A stretch of 48,886 nucleotides of DNA, taken from positions 1 through 48,886 of the forward strand of contig CAYXPI010000002.1 in the NCBI GenBank assembly GCA_964467005.1, written 5' to 3'. Below, in pieces: positions 36,839-45,604 of this stretch. The first letter of the stretch is position 1. The number at the start of each line of letters is the position of its first letter. This DNA is from an uncultured Limibaculum sp. GTDB lineage: Bacteria > Pseudomonadota > Alphaproteobacteria > Rhodobacterales > Rhodobacteraceae. Below the pieces are notes generated by a model. It worked only from the letters and a program-made list of their open reading frames with translations, was not told the origin of the DNA and did not search any database. The translations under genes and the position numbers were made by a program.

Positions 36839-38604
36839 CCCGGCGATGGTTTTGCGGAGGCGACAGGTGCGCAGTCGAACACGCTCACCTCGGGCTCGAT
36901 GAAAAGGGGCTTCGTCGGCTCGAACCGGCGGAGGAGCGTGCAGGTCTCCGCCACTTCGGTGTGGAAGCTCCGGAAGGCCTCCGACGGGCTCTCGGTCCGG
37001 TAATACTCGAGATCGCCCAGCACGAAGCCGTCCACCCCGCGGCCGAACCAGTAGGCGAGCGTCCATTCCTGCGGCTGGAGCGGCCAGGCATGGGGCTGGA
37101 CGACGTCTTTGATCTCCTCGTCCGTCGCGGTCTCGAGGCCGAACATCACGCCCGGCATCGGCAGGTGGTAGAGGGGCGGGCCCGGCCGGGGGTCGACCGC
37201 GCGCTCGGGCGCCTCTTCGGGCATCTCAATACCGTACTTCGCCGCCAGGGCCTCGGTGCGGGCCCGGGTGGCGGCCAGCGCCTCCGGGTGCTGCTTCCGG
37301 GCGAGCGCGACGGAGGTCATGATCCGCCGGTCCGCGAAATGATCGGCGACGAAGGCGGTGACCTCGGCCTCGATCGGCGGGGCGATGGCCTGTCGGAGGC
37401 TGATCGAGGCGCCCCAGAGGCTGGCCAAAATGGCGGCAAGGCTCGCGCCGGCGCCAACCGCGCGAAGCGCCCGCGCCCGCTGGTCGAGCAGGAGGGCGAG
37501 CGCAAGCCCCGCGAAGAGCTGGAGGAGCGTGAAGTAGAGGATCCAGAGCCCGCTGTGCTGCCGAGTGCCGACGGTGGCGAGCACGATGGCGGTGCCGAGG
37601 AGCGTTGCCGCCCAGCCGGAGAGCGCCACGGCCTCGGCCCGCCCGGGGCGCCGCGCTGCGAGGACGACGACGGGGAAGACCAGGGCGAGGCCGAGGCCCG
37701 CCCAGGTGAGGCCCTCGGCCGGGTTCGCGGCGAGCCCGAGCCAAGTGCGCGCGGCGTCGGCGAAGCTGTCGTCGCGCACCGACATGATGGCCTGGACCTC
37801 CTGGAACTCGAGAAACCGGGCAAAGTCGAGCACCGTGCCGATGTTGAGGATCGGCCACAGCGCGAGGGCCAGGAGCCCGGAGCGCAGGAGCGACCGAACC
37901 GCGCCGCCGAGCCCCGCGCTCGCCACCAGAATCGCCGCGTGAAAGAGGAGGAGCGGCGCGAGGAACATGACGAAGGAGTGCTTGAAGCTGACCCCGAGCA
38001 CGATCGCGACGCCCACCCAAAGGTCGAGCTTGGGCGCCTCCGCGGTCCGGTGGCGGAGGAGGAGGAGATAGAGGAGGAGCACCCCGCTCGTGGCGAGCGG
38101 CATGTCGCTCTTGGCGATGTGGGCGAGGAACACGGAGGCCGGGAGCAGCGCGCCCATCAGCCCGGCGACGAGGGCGGCCCCGTGGGAGAGGCGAAGCTCC
38201 CGCGCGATGAGGTAGAAGAGCGGGGCGATGACCGCCGTCATCGCCGCGGTCGCGATCCGGGCGGCGATGTAGAACGCCGTGGGGTCCGCGAAGTACTGGG
38301 CACGGAACTCGGCGAGGCTGTGCCAGAGCGGGATCGCCCGGCCGATCACGTAGAGAACGGCGAAGACCACCGCGTTGAGGTAGTTGAACAGCGGGGGGTA
38401 AAAGTGCTGCGCTGGCACGATCTGGCCGGCGAGAGCGCGGGCCGCCTCGTTCACCCGTTCGTCGCCGTGGAAGTAGCCGTAGTCCACGCCGATGAGGCGT
38501 AGGAGCACGGCCAGCGCGAAGAGGCCGCCGAGATGGGTGGCGGGGCTCAGGCTCGCGGCCCACGCCCAGGCCCGGGCGGGATCGGTCGCGGCCATCGGTT
38601 TCAC
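36835..38604 (-). CDS. GT-C (ArnT/PMT-like, GT39/GT83) membrane glycosyltransferase
   Basis: Polytopic membrane protein with a first-loop FHGDE motif, YPPLF, AHIAKSD and SFKH; GTGA overlap with the upstream gene (alternative start ATG 38595). Confidence 0.75.
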   Translation of the reverse strand: MKPMAATDPARAWAWAASLSPATHLGGLFALAVLLRLIGVDYGYFHGDERVNEAARALAGQIVPAQHFYPPLFNYLNAVVFAVLYVIGRAIPLWHSLAEFRAQYFADPTAFYIAARIATAAMTAVIAPLFYLIARELRLSHGAALVAGLMGALLPASVFLAHIAKSDMPLATSGVLLLYLLLLRHRTAEAPKLDLWVGVAIVLGVSFKHSFVMFLAPLLLFHAAILVASAGLGGAVRSLLRSGLLALALWPILNIGTVLDFARFLEFQEVQAIMSVRDDSFADAARTWLGLAANPAEGLTWAGLGLALVFPVVVLAARRPGRAEAVALSGWAATLLGTAIVLATVGTRQHSGLWILYFTLLQLFAGLALALLLDQRARALRAVGAGASLAAILASLWGASISLRQAIAPPIEAEVTAFVADHFADRRIMTSVALARKQHPEALAATRARTEALAAKYGIEMPEEAPERAVDPRPGPPLYHLPMPGVMFGLETATDEEIKDVVQPHAWPLQPQEWTLAYWFGRGVDGFVLGDLEYYRTESPSEAFRSFHTEVAETCTLLRRFEPTKPLFIEPEVSVFDCAPVASAKPSPG

Positions 38605-38960
38605 CCCTGCGCGAGGACGAGGAGGCCGCCGACGATGAGTGTGAGCCCGACGCCCTTGGCGAGGGTCAGATCCTCGCCGAGCACAAAGATCCCGCTCAGC
38701 ACCACCAGGATGATCGCCACGCTGACGAACGGATAGGCGAGCGAGACGTGCAGCTTCTGCAACGCGAGGAGCCAGAGCATGGCGCCCACGCCGTAGAGCG
38801 CGAAGCCGAGGATCACGAAGGGGGACTGGAGAAACGAGAAGATTTTCGCAACGGCCCCGAGGCCCTCACCCACCCGAACGGTCGACACACCGTATTTGAG
38901 GCAGGTTTGGGCGAGCGCCGAGATGCACACGCTGGACAACACTACGACGTAAGGAGACAT
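38601..38960 (-). CDS. Small EamA/SMR-type membrane protein (ArnE/ArnF-like flippase)
   Basis: 119 aa with 4 TM; AQTCLKYG, LWLLALQKLHVSLAYPF and LGEDLT. Confidence 0.8.
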   Translation of the reverse strand: MSPYVVVLSSVCISALAQTCLKYGVSTVRVGEGLGAVAKIFSFLQSPFVILGFALYGVGAMLWLLALQKLHVSLAYPFVSVAIILVVLSGIFVLGEDLTLAKGVGLTLIVGGLLVLAQG

Positions 38961-39224
38961 AAAATGACCTCAACCCACACCATTCACGCCGGTTCGAATT
39001 GCCGAAAGCGCAAGAATTGTCAAGGCGACTTTTCCGTCGCAGGCCTTCGGCGGGGCGCTGCGGCGGCCGGTTGGCCATGCCTGGGACAGCGTCATGGCGG
39101 CTCCTCCGTCTCGGGAAAAAGCCGGGCGCCACGAGGGCGCCCGCAAGTGGGAACAGAGGTCTGCTCCGAGGGACAGGTGTAAGATGCCGGCCGACTGTGG
39201 CGGCAACAGGCCCGCAGCGGGACC

Positions 39225-40238
39225 TTAGCGCGGCCTTTCGGGGGCGGAGAGGGCGCAGGCGATCAGACGGTCGAGCGCCTCCCAGCTGTCGGGCTCGAGG
39301 CGGACGGGCACCGCCAGAACCTCCCGGCGCCACGCCGGCGCGAGGCGGACGGCGTCCTTCTCGGTGGTGACGAGGAGGGCGCCCTGGCCGCGGGCCTCGG
39401 CCACGAGGCGGCGGAGAACCGCGTCCGGGTAGGTGTAGTGGTCCGGGAAGGGGTGGGTCGCGCGGAGATCGGCGCCGAGGTCGCGGAGGGTGGCGAAGGC
39501 TTTCTCCGGCCGCCCGATCCCGGCGAAGGCGACCACGGGGAGGCCCTCGAGGTCGAGACCCGTGGGGGCGGGAGCGATCCGGGCCCCGAGGGTGGGGATG
39601 CGCGCGAGCTCCGGCCAGGATGCGCGGAGGGTGGCCCGCGCGGCATCGGGGCCGATGAGGACGGCGGCGTCGGCCCGGGCGAGGCCCTCCCTCACGGGCT
39701 CGCGCAAGGGCCCCGCGGGGATCACCCGACCGTTGCCGAAGCCGGCCTCCGCGTCCACCGCGAGGAGCGTGAGGGACTTGGCGAGGCTCGGGTTCTGCGC
39801 GCCGTCGTCGAGGAGGAGGAGGCCCGCGCCGGCGGCCACTGCGGCGCGGGCGCCGGCGGCTCGGTCCCGCGCGATCCAGACCGGGTGGGATTGGGCGAGG
39901 AGGAGCGGTTCGTCCCCCACATCGGCGGCCGTGTCGCGGGCCGGGTCCACCCGGTGGGGGCCCGCGCGCCGTCCGCCATGGCCGCGGCTGAGGATGGTGG
40001 GCGGGTGGCCCTGGTCGGCCAGACGCGCGGCAAGGGCCCGCACGAGGGGGGTCTTGCCCGCCCCGCCTGCCGTGAGATTGCCGACGACGATCACCGGCAC
40101 CGGCGCGTGCCAGGGCGTGGTGCGGATCCGGCGGAGCCAGCCGCCCAGCCGCCAAACGAGGCTTGCCGGTGCCAGGAGCCCGGCGAGGACGCCGGGGGCC
40201 TCCGGCGGGCGGGACCAGAAGCCGGGCGCACGCATCAT
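39225..40238 (-). CDS. lpxK: Tetraacyldisaccharide 4'-kinase
   Basis: VPVIVVGNLTAGGAGKTP, LSRGHGG, GDEPLLL, LLDDGAQN, PAGPLRE, FPDH and TTEKDAVR. Confidence 0.95.
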   Translation of the reverse strand: MMRAPGFWSRPPEAPGVLAGLLAPASLVWRLGGWLRRIRTTPWHAPVPVIVVGNLTAGGAGKTPLVRALAARLADQGHPPTILSRGHGGRRAGPHRVDPARDTAADVGDEPLLLAQSHPVWIARDRAAGARAAVAAGAGLLLLDDGAQNPSLAKSLTLLAVDAEAGFGNGRVIPAGPLREPVREGLARADAAVLIGPDAARATLRASWPELARIPTLGARIAPAPTGLDLEGLPVVAFAGIGRPEKAFATLRDLGADLRATHPFPDHYTYPDAVLRRLVAEARGQGALLVTTEKDAVRLAPAWRREVLAVPVRLEPDSWEALDRLIACALSAPERPR

Positions 40239-41500
40239 CCCGCCTCGAGCGCGCGGAGACGGGCGGCGAGGGCGGGCAGGTCGGGGGTCGCGCGCCGCCG
40301 GACCTCTGCCGCGGCCGCGGCCATCCGAGCGCGGGCCTCCGGTTGGGCGAGGAGGGCGGTGACGGCGGCGGCCAGCGCCCGGGGCTCCGCCACCTCCCGG
40401 GCCCCTCCGGCCGCGGCGAGGGCGGCGTAGGCCTCGGCGAAGTTCTCCGTGCGGGGGCCGTGGAGGATCGCCGTGCCAAGCGCCGCGGGCTCGAAGGGCG
40501 TGTGCCCGCCCCGCGCCGCCCAAGAGCCGCCGACGAAGGCCACGGGCGCGAGCCGGTACCAGAGGCCCATCTCGCCCAGCGTGTCGGCGAGCCAGATGCG
40601 GGTGGCCGGCTTCGGCGTTTCCCCTTGGCTGCGTCGGGCGATGGCGAGGCCCCGGGCCGCGAGGCTCTCGGCGATGGCCGCGCCGCGCTCGGGATGCCGG
40701 GGGGCGAGGATGAGAAGGGTCTCGGGCGGGAGCTGGGCCACCGCCTCGGCGAGCGCGTCCTCCTCGCCCTCATGCGTGGAGGCGGCGAGCCAGACGGCAC
40801 GCGCTGTTAGGGCCGCGCGGGCGGCGTCAAGCGCGGCGGGATCGGCCTCGGGCACCACGGCGCTCTTGAGCGTGCCGAAGGTCTCGACCGTGAGGCCCGC
40901 GGGGCCGAGGGCGGCGATGCGCTGGGCGCTCTCGCCGTCCTGGGCGAGGACGAGGCGGAAGCGGCCGAAGAGCGCGCGGGCCATCGCGGGCACGCGCCCC
41001 CAGCCGCGCGCGCTTCGCTCGGAGATCCGGGCGTTGACCAGGGCCATGGGCACGCCGGCCCGGGCGGTCTCCACCATCAGCCTGGGCCAGATCTCGCTCT
41101 CGACCCAAATCGCGAGGCTCGGGCCCCAGTGGGCGAGGAAGCGGCGGACCGCCGCACGCGTGTCCACCGGCGCATAGGCGTGGAGCGCACCCTGAGGCAG
41201 GCGCGGGCCCACGGTTTCGGCCGCGCTGCGGGTGCCGGTGGTGAGCAGGAGACGGCGGTCTCCCGCCTCGGCGAGCGCGGCGATGAGGGGAAGGGCCGAG
41301 GTCGCCTCGCCCACGCTGGCGGCATGGAGCCAGACGAGCGGGCCCGCGGGCCGGGGCTGGCCTGGGTGGCCGAGGCGCTCGCCGAGGCGCGCGGGGTCCT
41401 CCTTGCCGCGGGCGGCGCGACGCGCGAGGAGCCGGGCGGCCAGGGGCTCGGCCGCCGCCGAGGTTGCGAGATAGAGGGCGAGCGCCGCCGACGGGGTCAT
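40235..41500 (-). CDS. waaA: 3-deoxy-D-manno-octulosonic acid (Kdo) transferase
   Basis: GKEDPARLGER, WLHAASVGE, ESEIWP, ASTHEGEE, APRHPERG, DTLGEMG and GGHTPFEPA. Confidence 0.95.
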   Translation of the reverse strand: MTPSAALALYLATSAAAEPLAARLLARRAARGKEDPARLGERLGHPGQPRPAGPLVWLHAASVGEATSALPLIAALAEAGDRRLLLTTGTRSAAETVGPRLPQGALHAYAPVDTRAAVRRFLAHWGPSLAIWVESEIWPRLMVETARAGVPMALVNARISERSARGWGRVPAMARALFGRFRLVLAQDGESAQRIAALGPAGLTVETFGTLKSAVVPEADPAALDAARAALTARAVWLAASTHEGEEDALAEAVAQLPPETLLILAPRHPERGAAIAESLAARGLAIARRSQGETPKPATRIWLADTLGEMGLWYRLAPVAFVGGSWAARGGHTPFEPAALGTAILHGPRTENFAEAYAALAAAGGAREVAEPRALAAAVTALLAQPEARARMAAAAAEVRRRATPDLPALAARLRALEAG

Positions 41501-42261
41501 CTCCCGGGCTCCGCCTCCTCGGGCCTGGGCGCGGGCGCCACGGCCGGGCGGCCGCAGAGCCGGTCGACCTCCTCGGTCAGCTCGGTGAGGGCGGCCTCGA
41601 TGCGCGCGCGAAAGGCCTCCTCCGCCACGGGATCGCCGCCCGGCGGAGGGGCAAGGGCCGGCCCGTAGGCCTGCACGCCGCGGCCGAATGGCCAGGGCAC
41701 CAGGAACCGGTCCCAGCTCGGCGCGAGCCAGGCACGGCGGGTGGCGAAGGCGATGGGCACGACGGCCGAGCCGGTGGCCACCGCCAGCCGCGCGACCCCG
41801 GCCTGCGCCCGCATCCTCGGGCCCCTCGGCCCGTCCGGCGTGATGGCCACGACGGCGCCGCGCGCAAGCCCGTCGAGCGCGGCCTTGGTCACCTCGGCGC
41901 CGCCCTTGTCTCGCCTCTTGGCCTTGTCGTAGGTCGAGCCGCGGATCGCCGGCACCCCAAACCGGCCCACAATGGCGGCGATGAGCGCACCGTCGGCGTT
42001 GTTGGAGATCACCGCCAGCGTCTCGCGCCCCGGCGGCGCCCAGGTGGGGGAGAGGAAGAGCCGCCCGTGCCAGATGGCGGCGACCACCCCCTGGCCGGTC
42101 GCGAGCTCGGCCTCGAAATGGTGCTTGCCGCGGATCTCCCAGCGGGTGGTGGCCCGCACGAGCCGGATGTAGCCCGCGCCCAGCCTGGCCAGACCCGCCC
42201 GCGCAAGGGCCGAGTGGCGGAGCCCGCGGAGCAGCCCCCGCGGCCGCGGGCGCGCGGCCAT
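41497..42261 (-). CDS. DUF374 lysophospholipid acyltransferase family (LpxJ-like lipid A acyltransferase)
   Basis: AIWHGRL, IRGST, AITPDGPRGP and SWDRFLVPWPF; upstream of waaA-lpxK. Confidence 0.88.
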   Translation of the reverse strand: MAARPRPRGLLRGLRHSALARAGLARLGAGYIRLVRATTRWEIRGKHHFEAELATGQGVVAAIWHGRLFLSPTWAPPGRETLAVISNNADGALIAAIVGRFGVPAIRGSTYDKAKRRDKGGAEVTKAALDGLARGAVVAITPDGPRGPRMRAQAGVARLAVATGSAVVPIAFATRRAWLAPSWDRFLVPWPFGRGVQAYGPALAPPPGGDPVAEEAFRARIEAALTELTEEVDRLCGRPAVAPAPRPEEAEPGR

Positions 42262-42264
42262 GGT

Positions 42265-42513
42265 TCAGCGCTCGAGGGCGGTGGGCTCGGCGCTGGCCTC
42301 GCGCTCCTCGTCGCGGAGCCGGTGCAGATGGGCGATGAAGTAGCGCATATGCGCGTTGTCGACCGTGCGCTGGGCCGCGGCTTTCCAGGCGTCGTGCGCG
42401 CTGTCATAGTCCGGGAAGAGGCCCACGATGTCGAGCGCGCCGACGTCCTTGAACGTCGTCTTGGCCGGGTCGACCAGCTCGCCGCCGAAGACGAGGTGCA
42501 GACGGGTGGACAT
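42265..42513 (-). CDS. DUF4170 family protein
   Basis: RLHLVFGGELVDP...DIVGLFPDY..A..AWKAAAQRTVDNAHMRYFIAHLHRL; GGAGG RBS. Confidence 0.9.
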   Translation of the reverse strand: MSTRLHLVFGGELVDPAKTTFKDVGALDIVGLFPDYDSAHDAWKAAAQRTVDNAHMRYFIAHLHRLRDEEREASAEPTALER

Positions 42514-42587
42514 GGGGACGCCTCCGCTTGGGGGTTGGTGGGCCGCACCCTATCCGGCCGCGGGGTTCAGTCAAGCCGGCGGCCGGG

Positions 42588-42797
42588 TCAGAGCCCGCCG
42601 TCCCGCTCCCAGCAGGGGCAGCATCGCAGCGCCCGCCAGCTCGGCCCCGCGACGATGTAGAGCGTGAGGGCGATGGGCGGCGTGAGGAGGATGGCGAGGC
42701 CGAGGGCGATGCGCGGCCGCCGGTCGAGCGCCCAGGCGTAGCCGGCGACGCCGAGCGCCGACAGGGCATAGAGCGTGATGGCTGTGTCGACCGACAT
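42588..42797 (-). CDS. Possible small 2-TM membrane protein (69 aa)
   Basis: Two hydrophobic helices; fills the gap between co-oriented genes; no recognisable family. Confidence 0.4.
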   Translation of the reverse strand: MSVDTAITLYALSALGVAGYAWALDRRPRIALGLAILLTPPIALTLYIVAGPSWRALRCCPCWERDGGL

Positions 42798-42814
42798 AGC
42801 CGAATGCTACGCGA

Positions 42815-43618
42815 TCAGGCGGGGCGGCGAAAGGCCAGGAGGGCCCGGTGGAGCGCGGGCGGGGCCACCAGGAGGGAGGGAACCCGGGGCGTCGGCCCGT
42901 TGAAGGCAAGCGCGTGGCCGTCGAGATCGCTCACCCGGCAGCCGGCCGCCTCGGCGATGAGGCAGCCCGCGGCCACGTCCCACTCCCAGGCTGGGGCGGC
43001 GGTGAGGGTGGCGTCGGTCTCTCCCGCCGCGGCAAGGCAGATGCGCCAGGCGAGCGACGAGCGGCCCCGGCGGCGGATCGGGGGCGGGCCGCCGGGCCAG
43101 TGCTCGGGCGCGAGGGAGGCCTTCGACGCGATCACCTCGGCGCCCTCGGGTGCCGTGCGGGCGGAGGGGGCGAGGCCCGAGCGGGCGCCTCCGCGCTCGC
43201 GCCAGGCGCGGCTGCCCCGGGCGGCGGCGTAGGTCTCGCTCCGAGCCGGCAAATGCACCGCGGCCGCCAGGGGGCGGGCCTCCTCCACCACGGCGGCGAC
43301 GACGGCGAAGCCCGGCTCCCCGGCGAGGAAGGCGCGGGTGCCGTCGATGGGGTCCACGACGAAGAGACGCCGGGCGGAGAGCCGGTCCGGCGTGTCGGGG
43401 TCCTCCTCCGAGAGCCAGCCATAGCTCGGCCGGGCGGGGCGCAGCGTCGCGGCCAGCGCGCGGTTGGCCGCAAGGTCGGCGTCGGAGACCGGACCCTGTC
43501 CGTCCGCCTTCTCCCAGTGGCGGGCGGAGCGGCGCCACTGCGCCCGAGCCACCGCGCCCGCGGCCCGCACCGCGGCGAGGAGGAGGACGAGGTCCTCCTC
43601 CGCCGTCGCCTCAGGCAC
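42815..43618 (-). CDS. Inositol monophosphatase / CysQ-like 3'(2'),5'-bisphosphate nucleotidase
   Basis: PVSDADL, GWLSEE, VVDPIDGTRAF and WEWDVAAG. Confidence 0.9.
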   Translation of the reverse strand: MPEATAEEDLVLLLAAVRAAGAVARAQWRRSARHWEKADGQGPVSDADLAANRALAATLRPARPSYGWLSEEDPDTPDRLSARRLFVVDPIDGTRAFLAGEPGFAVVAAVVEEARPLAAAVHLPARSETYAAARGSRAWRERGGARSGLAPSARTAPEGAEVIASKASLAPEHWPGGPPPIRRRGRSSLAWRICLAAAGETDATLTAAPAWEWDVAAGCLIAEAAGCRVSDLDGHALAFNGPTPRVPSLLVAPPALHRALLAFRRPA

Positions 43619-44987
43619 CGACGGTAAGCCCGTCGACCAGGAGCGACGGCACGCGGGCGGCGCGGTGGGGGTCCGCGTCGTTCGCCGGGCGGAGGGTCGC
43701 GACCATCTCGGGCAGGCTGCCGGCGATGGTCACTTCGTTCACCGGATAGGCGATCTCCCCGCGCTCGACCCAGAAGCCCGAAGCGCCCCGGCTGTAGGCG
43801 CCGGTGGTGGGGTTCACCGAACTGCCGATGAGGGAGGTGACGAGGAGGCCCGTGCCCATCTCGGCCAGAAGGTCGTCCCGGCTCCGCCGGCCCTCGGTGA
43901 GCGCGATGTTCGAGGTGCCGGGGCGGGGCGGCCCGGCGGGCCCGCGGCGCGCGTTGCCGGTGGTGGCGAGGCCGAGCTGGCGGGCCGTGGCCAGGTCGAG
44001 AACCCAGCTCGCCAGCACGCCGTCGGCCACGAGCTCGCGGGTGGCGGTGGCGATCCCCTCGGCGTCGACGAGCCGGCTCGCGCGGCCCCGGAGCCGGTGC
44101 GGCTCCTCGGTGATCGAGAGCCCCTCGGGAAGGATGCGCGCGCCCATCTTGTCGCGGAGCCAGCTCGCCCCCCGGGCCACCGCCTGTCCGTTGATCGCGG
44201 CGAGCACATGGCCCACGAGGCTTGCCGCCACCCGCTCGTCGAACACCACGGGACCTGCGCCGCCCGGGGGCTTGCGCGCGCCGAGGGCGGCCACCGCACG
44301 CTCCCCGGCGCGGCGACCCACGGTTTCGGGCGGCGGGAGATCGGCCCCGTGGCGCCGGATCTCGGCGGCGTAGTCCCGTTCGCGGCCGAGCCCCTCGCCC
44401 GCGATGGCCGAGGCGCTCACGGCCCAAAAGCTCCGGCCGAGGCTGTGGGCGAGCCCGTTTGTGGCGAGGAGCGTCGTCCGCTCCACGCCCCAGGAGGCGC
44501 GGGCCTGCTCGATCTGGGTGACGCCGGGCACGGCGCGCCCGGCCGCCTCGGCGGCGAGCGCCATCTCCTCGAGCCGCTCCGGCGCAGGCGGTGCGCCGGG
44601 GTCGAGGAGGTCGAGAACCGCAGGATCCAGGTCTCGGGCGAGGGCGCCGGCTTCGGCGAGCCCGCAACAGGGGTCTTCCGGCGCGTCGGCCGCGATGGCG
44701 ACGGCACGGGCGGCCATCTCCGCGAGGGTGCCCGCAGCGGGGTCAGAAGCGGCGACGCAGGCTTGGCGTCGGCCGAGGAGCACCCGGAGGCCGAGATCGA
44801 GCCCCTCGGAGCGGCCGGCCTCCTCGAGCGCGCCGTCGGCCACCCCGATCTCGAGCGCGGTCTCTGAGGCGACGATCACATCCGCGGCCTCGGCGCCGGC
44901 CCGGCGCGCGGCGTCGAGAAGGCGCTCGGCGATGGCGAGGTCGGCCGCGGCGCGGTCCTCCGCAGCGGCGGGCGCGGGGGCGGTCAT
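43611..44987 (-). CDS. pmbA: TldD/PmbA family protein (PmbA/TldE-like)
   Basis: GLRVLLGRRQA, DAEGI, TTGNARRG, VNPTTGAYSRGASGFWVERGEIAYPVNEVTIAG; no HExxGH motif, hence the non-catalytic PmbA type. Confidence 0.88.
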   Translation of the reverse strand: MTAPAPAAAEDRAAADLAIAERLLDAARRAGAEAADVIVASETALEIGVADGALEEAGRSEGLDLGLRVLLGRRQACVAASDPAAGTLAEMAARAVAIAADAPEDPCCGLAEAGALARDLDPAVLDLLDPGAPPAPERLEEMALAAEAAGRAVPGVTQIEQARASWGVERTTLLATNGLAHSLGRSFWAVSASAIAGEGLGRERDYAAEIRRHGADLPPPETVGRRAGERAVAALGARKPPGGAGPVVFDERVAASLVGHVLAAINGQAVARGASWLRDKMGARILPEGLSITEEPHRLRGRASRLVDAEGIATATRELVADGVLASWVLDLATARQLGLATTGNARRGPAGPPRPGTSNIALTEGRRSRDDLLAEMGTGLLVTSLIGSSVNPTTGAYSRGASGFWVERGEIAYPVNEVTIAGSLPEMVATLRPANDADPHRAARVPSLLVDGLTVGA

Positions 44988-45397
44988 GGCTGGGTGCTCC
45001 CAGAATCGCCCAGGATCACATGGCCAAGAAGCCCGAGGGCGAGGGCCAGCTGGACAAGCATGGTGCCGCCGGCGCCGACCGCGCGGAGCCAGACCACCGT
45101 CGCGCCGCCGAAGAAGTAGAGCCCGTGGGCGAGGCGCGCGGCGAGGAGAGCGAGGCCGATCGGGTGGAGCGCGATGGCGGGGGTTCCGAGCCCCTCGGCG
45201 AGCGCCATCAGAAGGAGGGTGAGCGGCACCGTCTCCACCGCGTTCCCGTGGGCGCGGGTGGCGTGGAGGAGCTCGGGCACCCCGCCGTCGCCCAAGGGCA
45301 CGTCGTGGCGGGTTCGGGCGAGGCCGACGCGAAGGGCGAGACCGCCGATCCAGAGCGTGAGAAGGGCGGCGTAGACGGCGGTGACGGGCAGGGGCAT
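44984..45397 (-). CDS. MAPEG family membrane protein
   Basis: VTAVYAALL, LGDGG...L..ATRAHGNAVETVP and ARLAHG. Confidence 0.88.
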   Translation of the reverse strand: MPLPVTAVYAALLTLWIGGLALRVGLARTRHDVPLGDGGVPELLHATRAHGNAVETVPLTLLLMALAEGLGTPAIALHPIGLALLAARLAHGLYFFGGATVVWLRAVGAGGTMLVQLALALGLLGHVILGDSGSTQP

Positions 45398-45604
45398 GGG
45401 CTCTCCGAGGCGTATCGAGGCTGGCCTGTCACCTAGCGCGGCGGAGGTCCCTTGGGAAGCCCACGGGGTGGCGGGCGCCGCGCCGGGCAAGTGTCCCCCG
45501 CGCTCCCGGGGGCCGATGGGGGCGCCGACGCCGGGCCCGGGGCCGGGGCCGCGGCTCGCCCGGGTGGGCGGGGCCCCCGGGGGCGCGGGCCGGCGCGTGC
45601 CCCT

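Noticed and set aside
45430-45600. GC-rich inverted repeats between manC and MAPEG
   Set aside because: The extreme GC content produces chance palindromes; no clean stem with a U-tract and no repeated unit.
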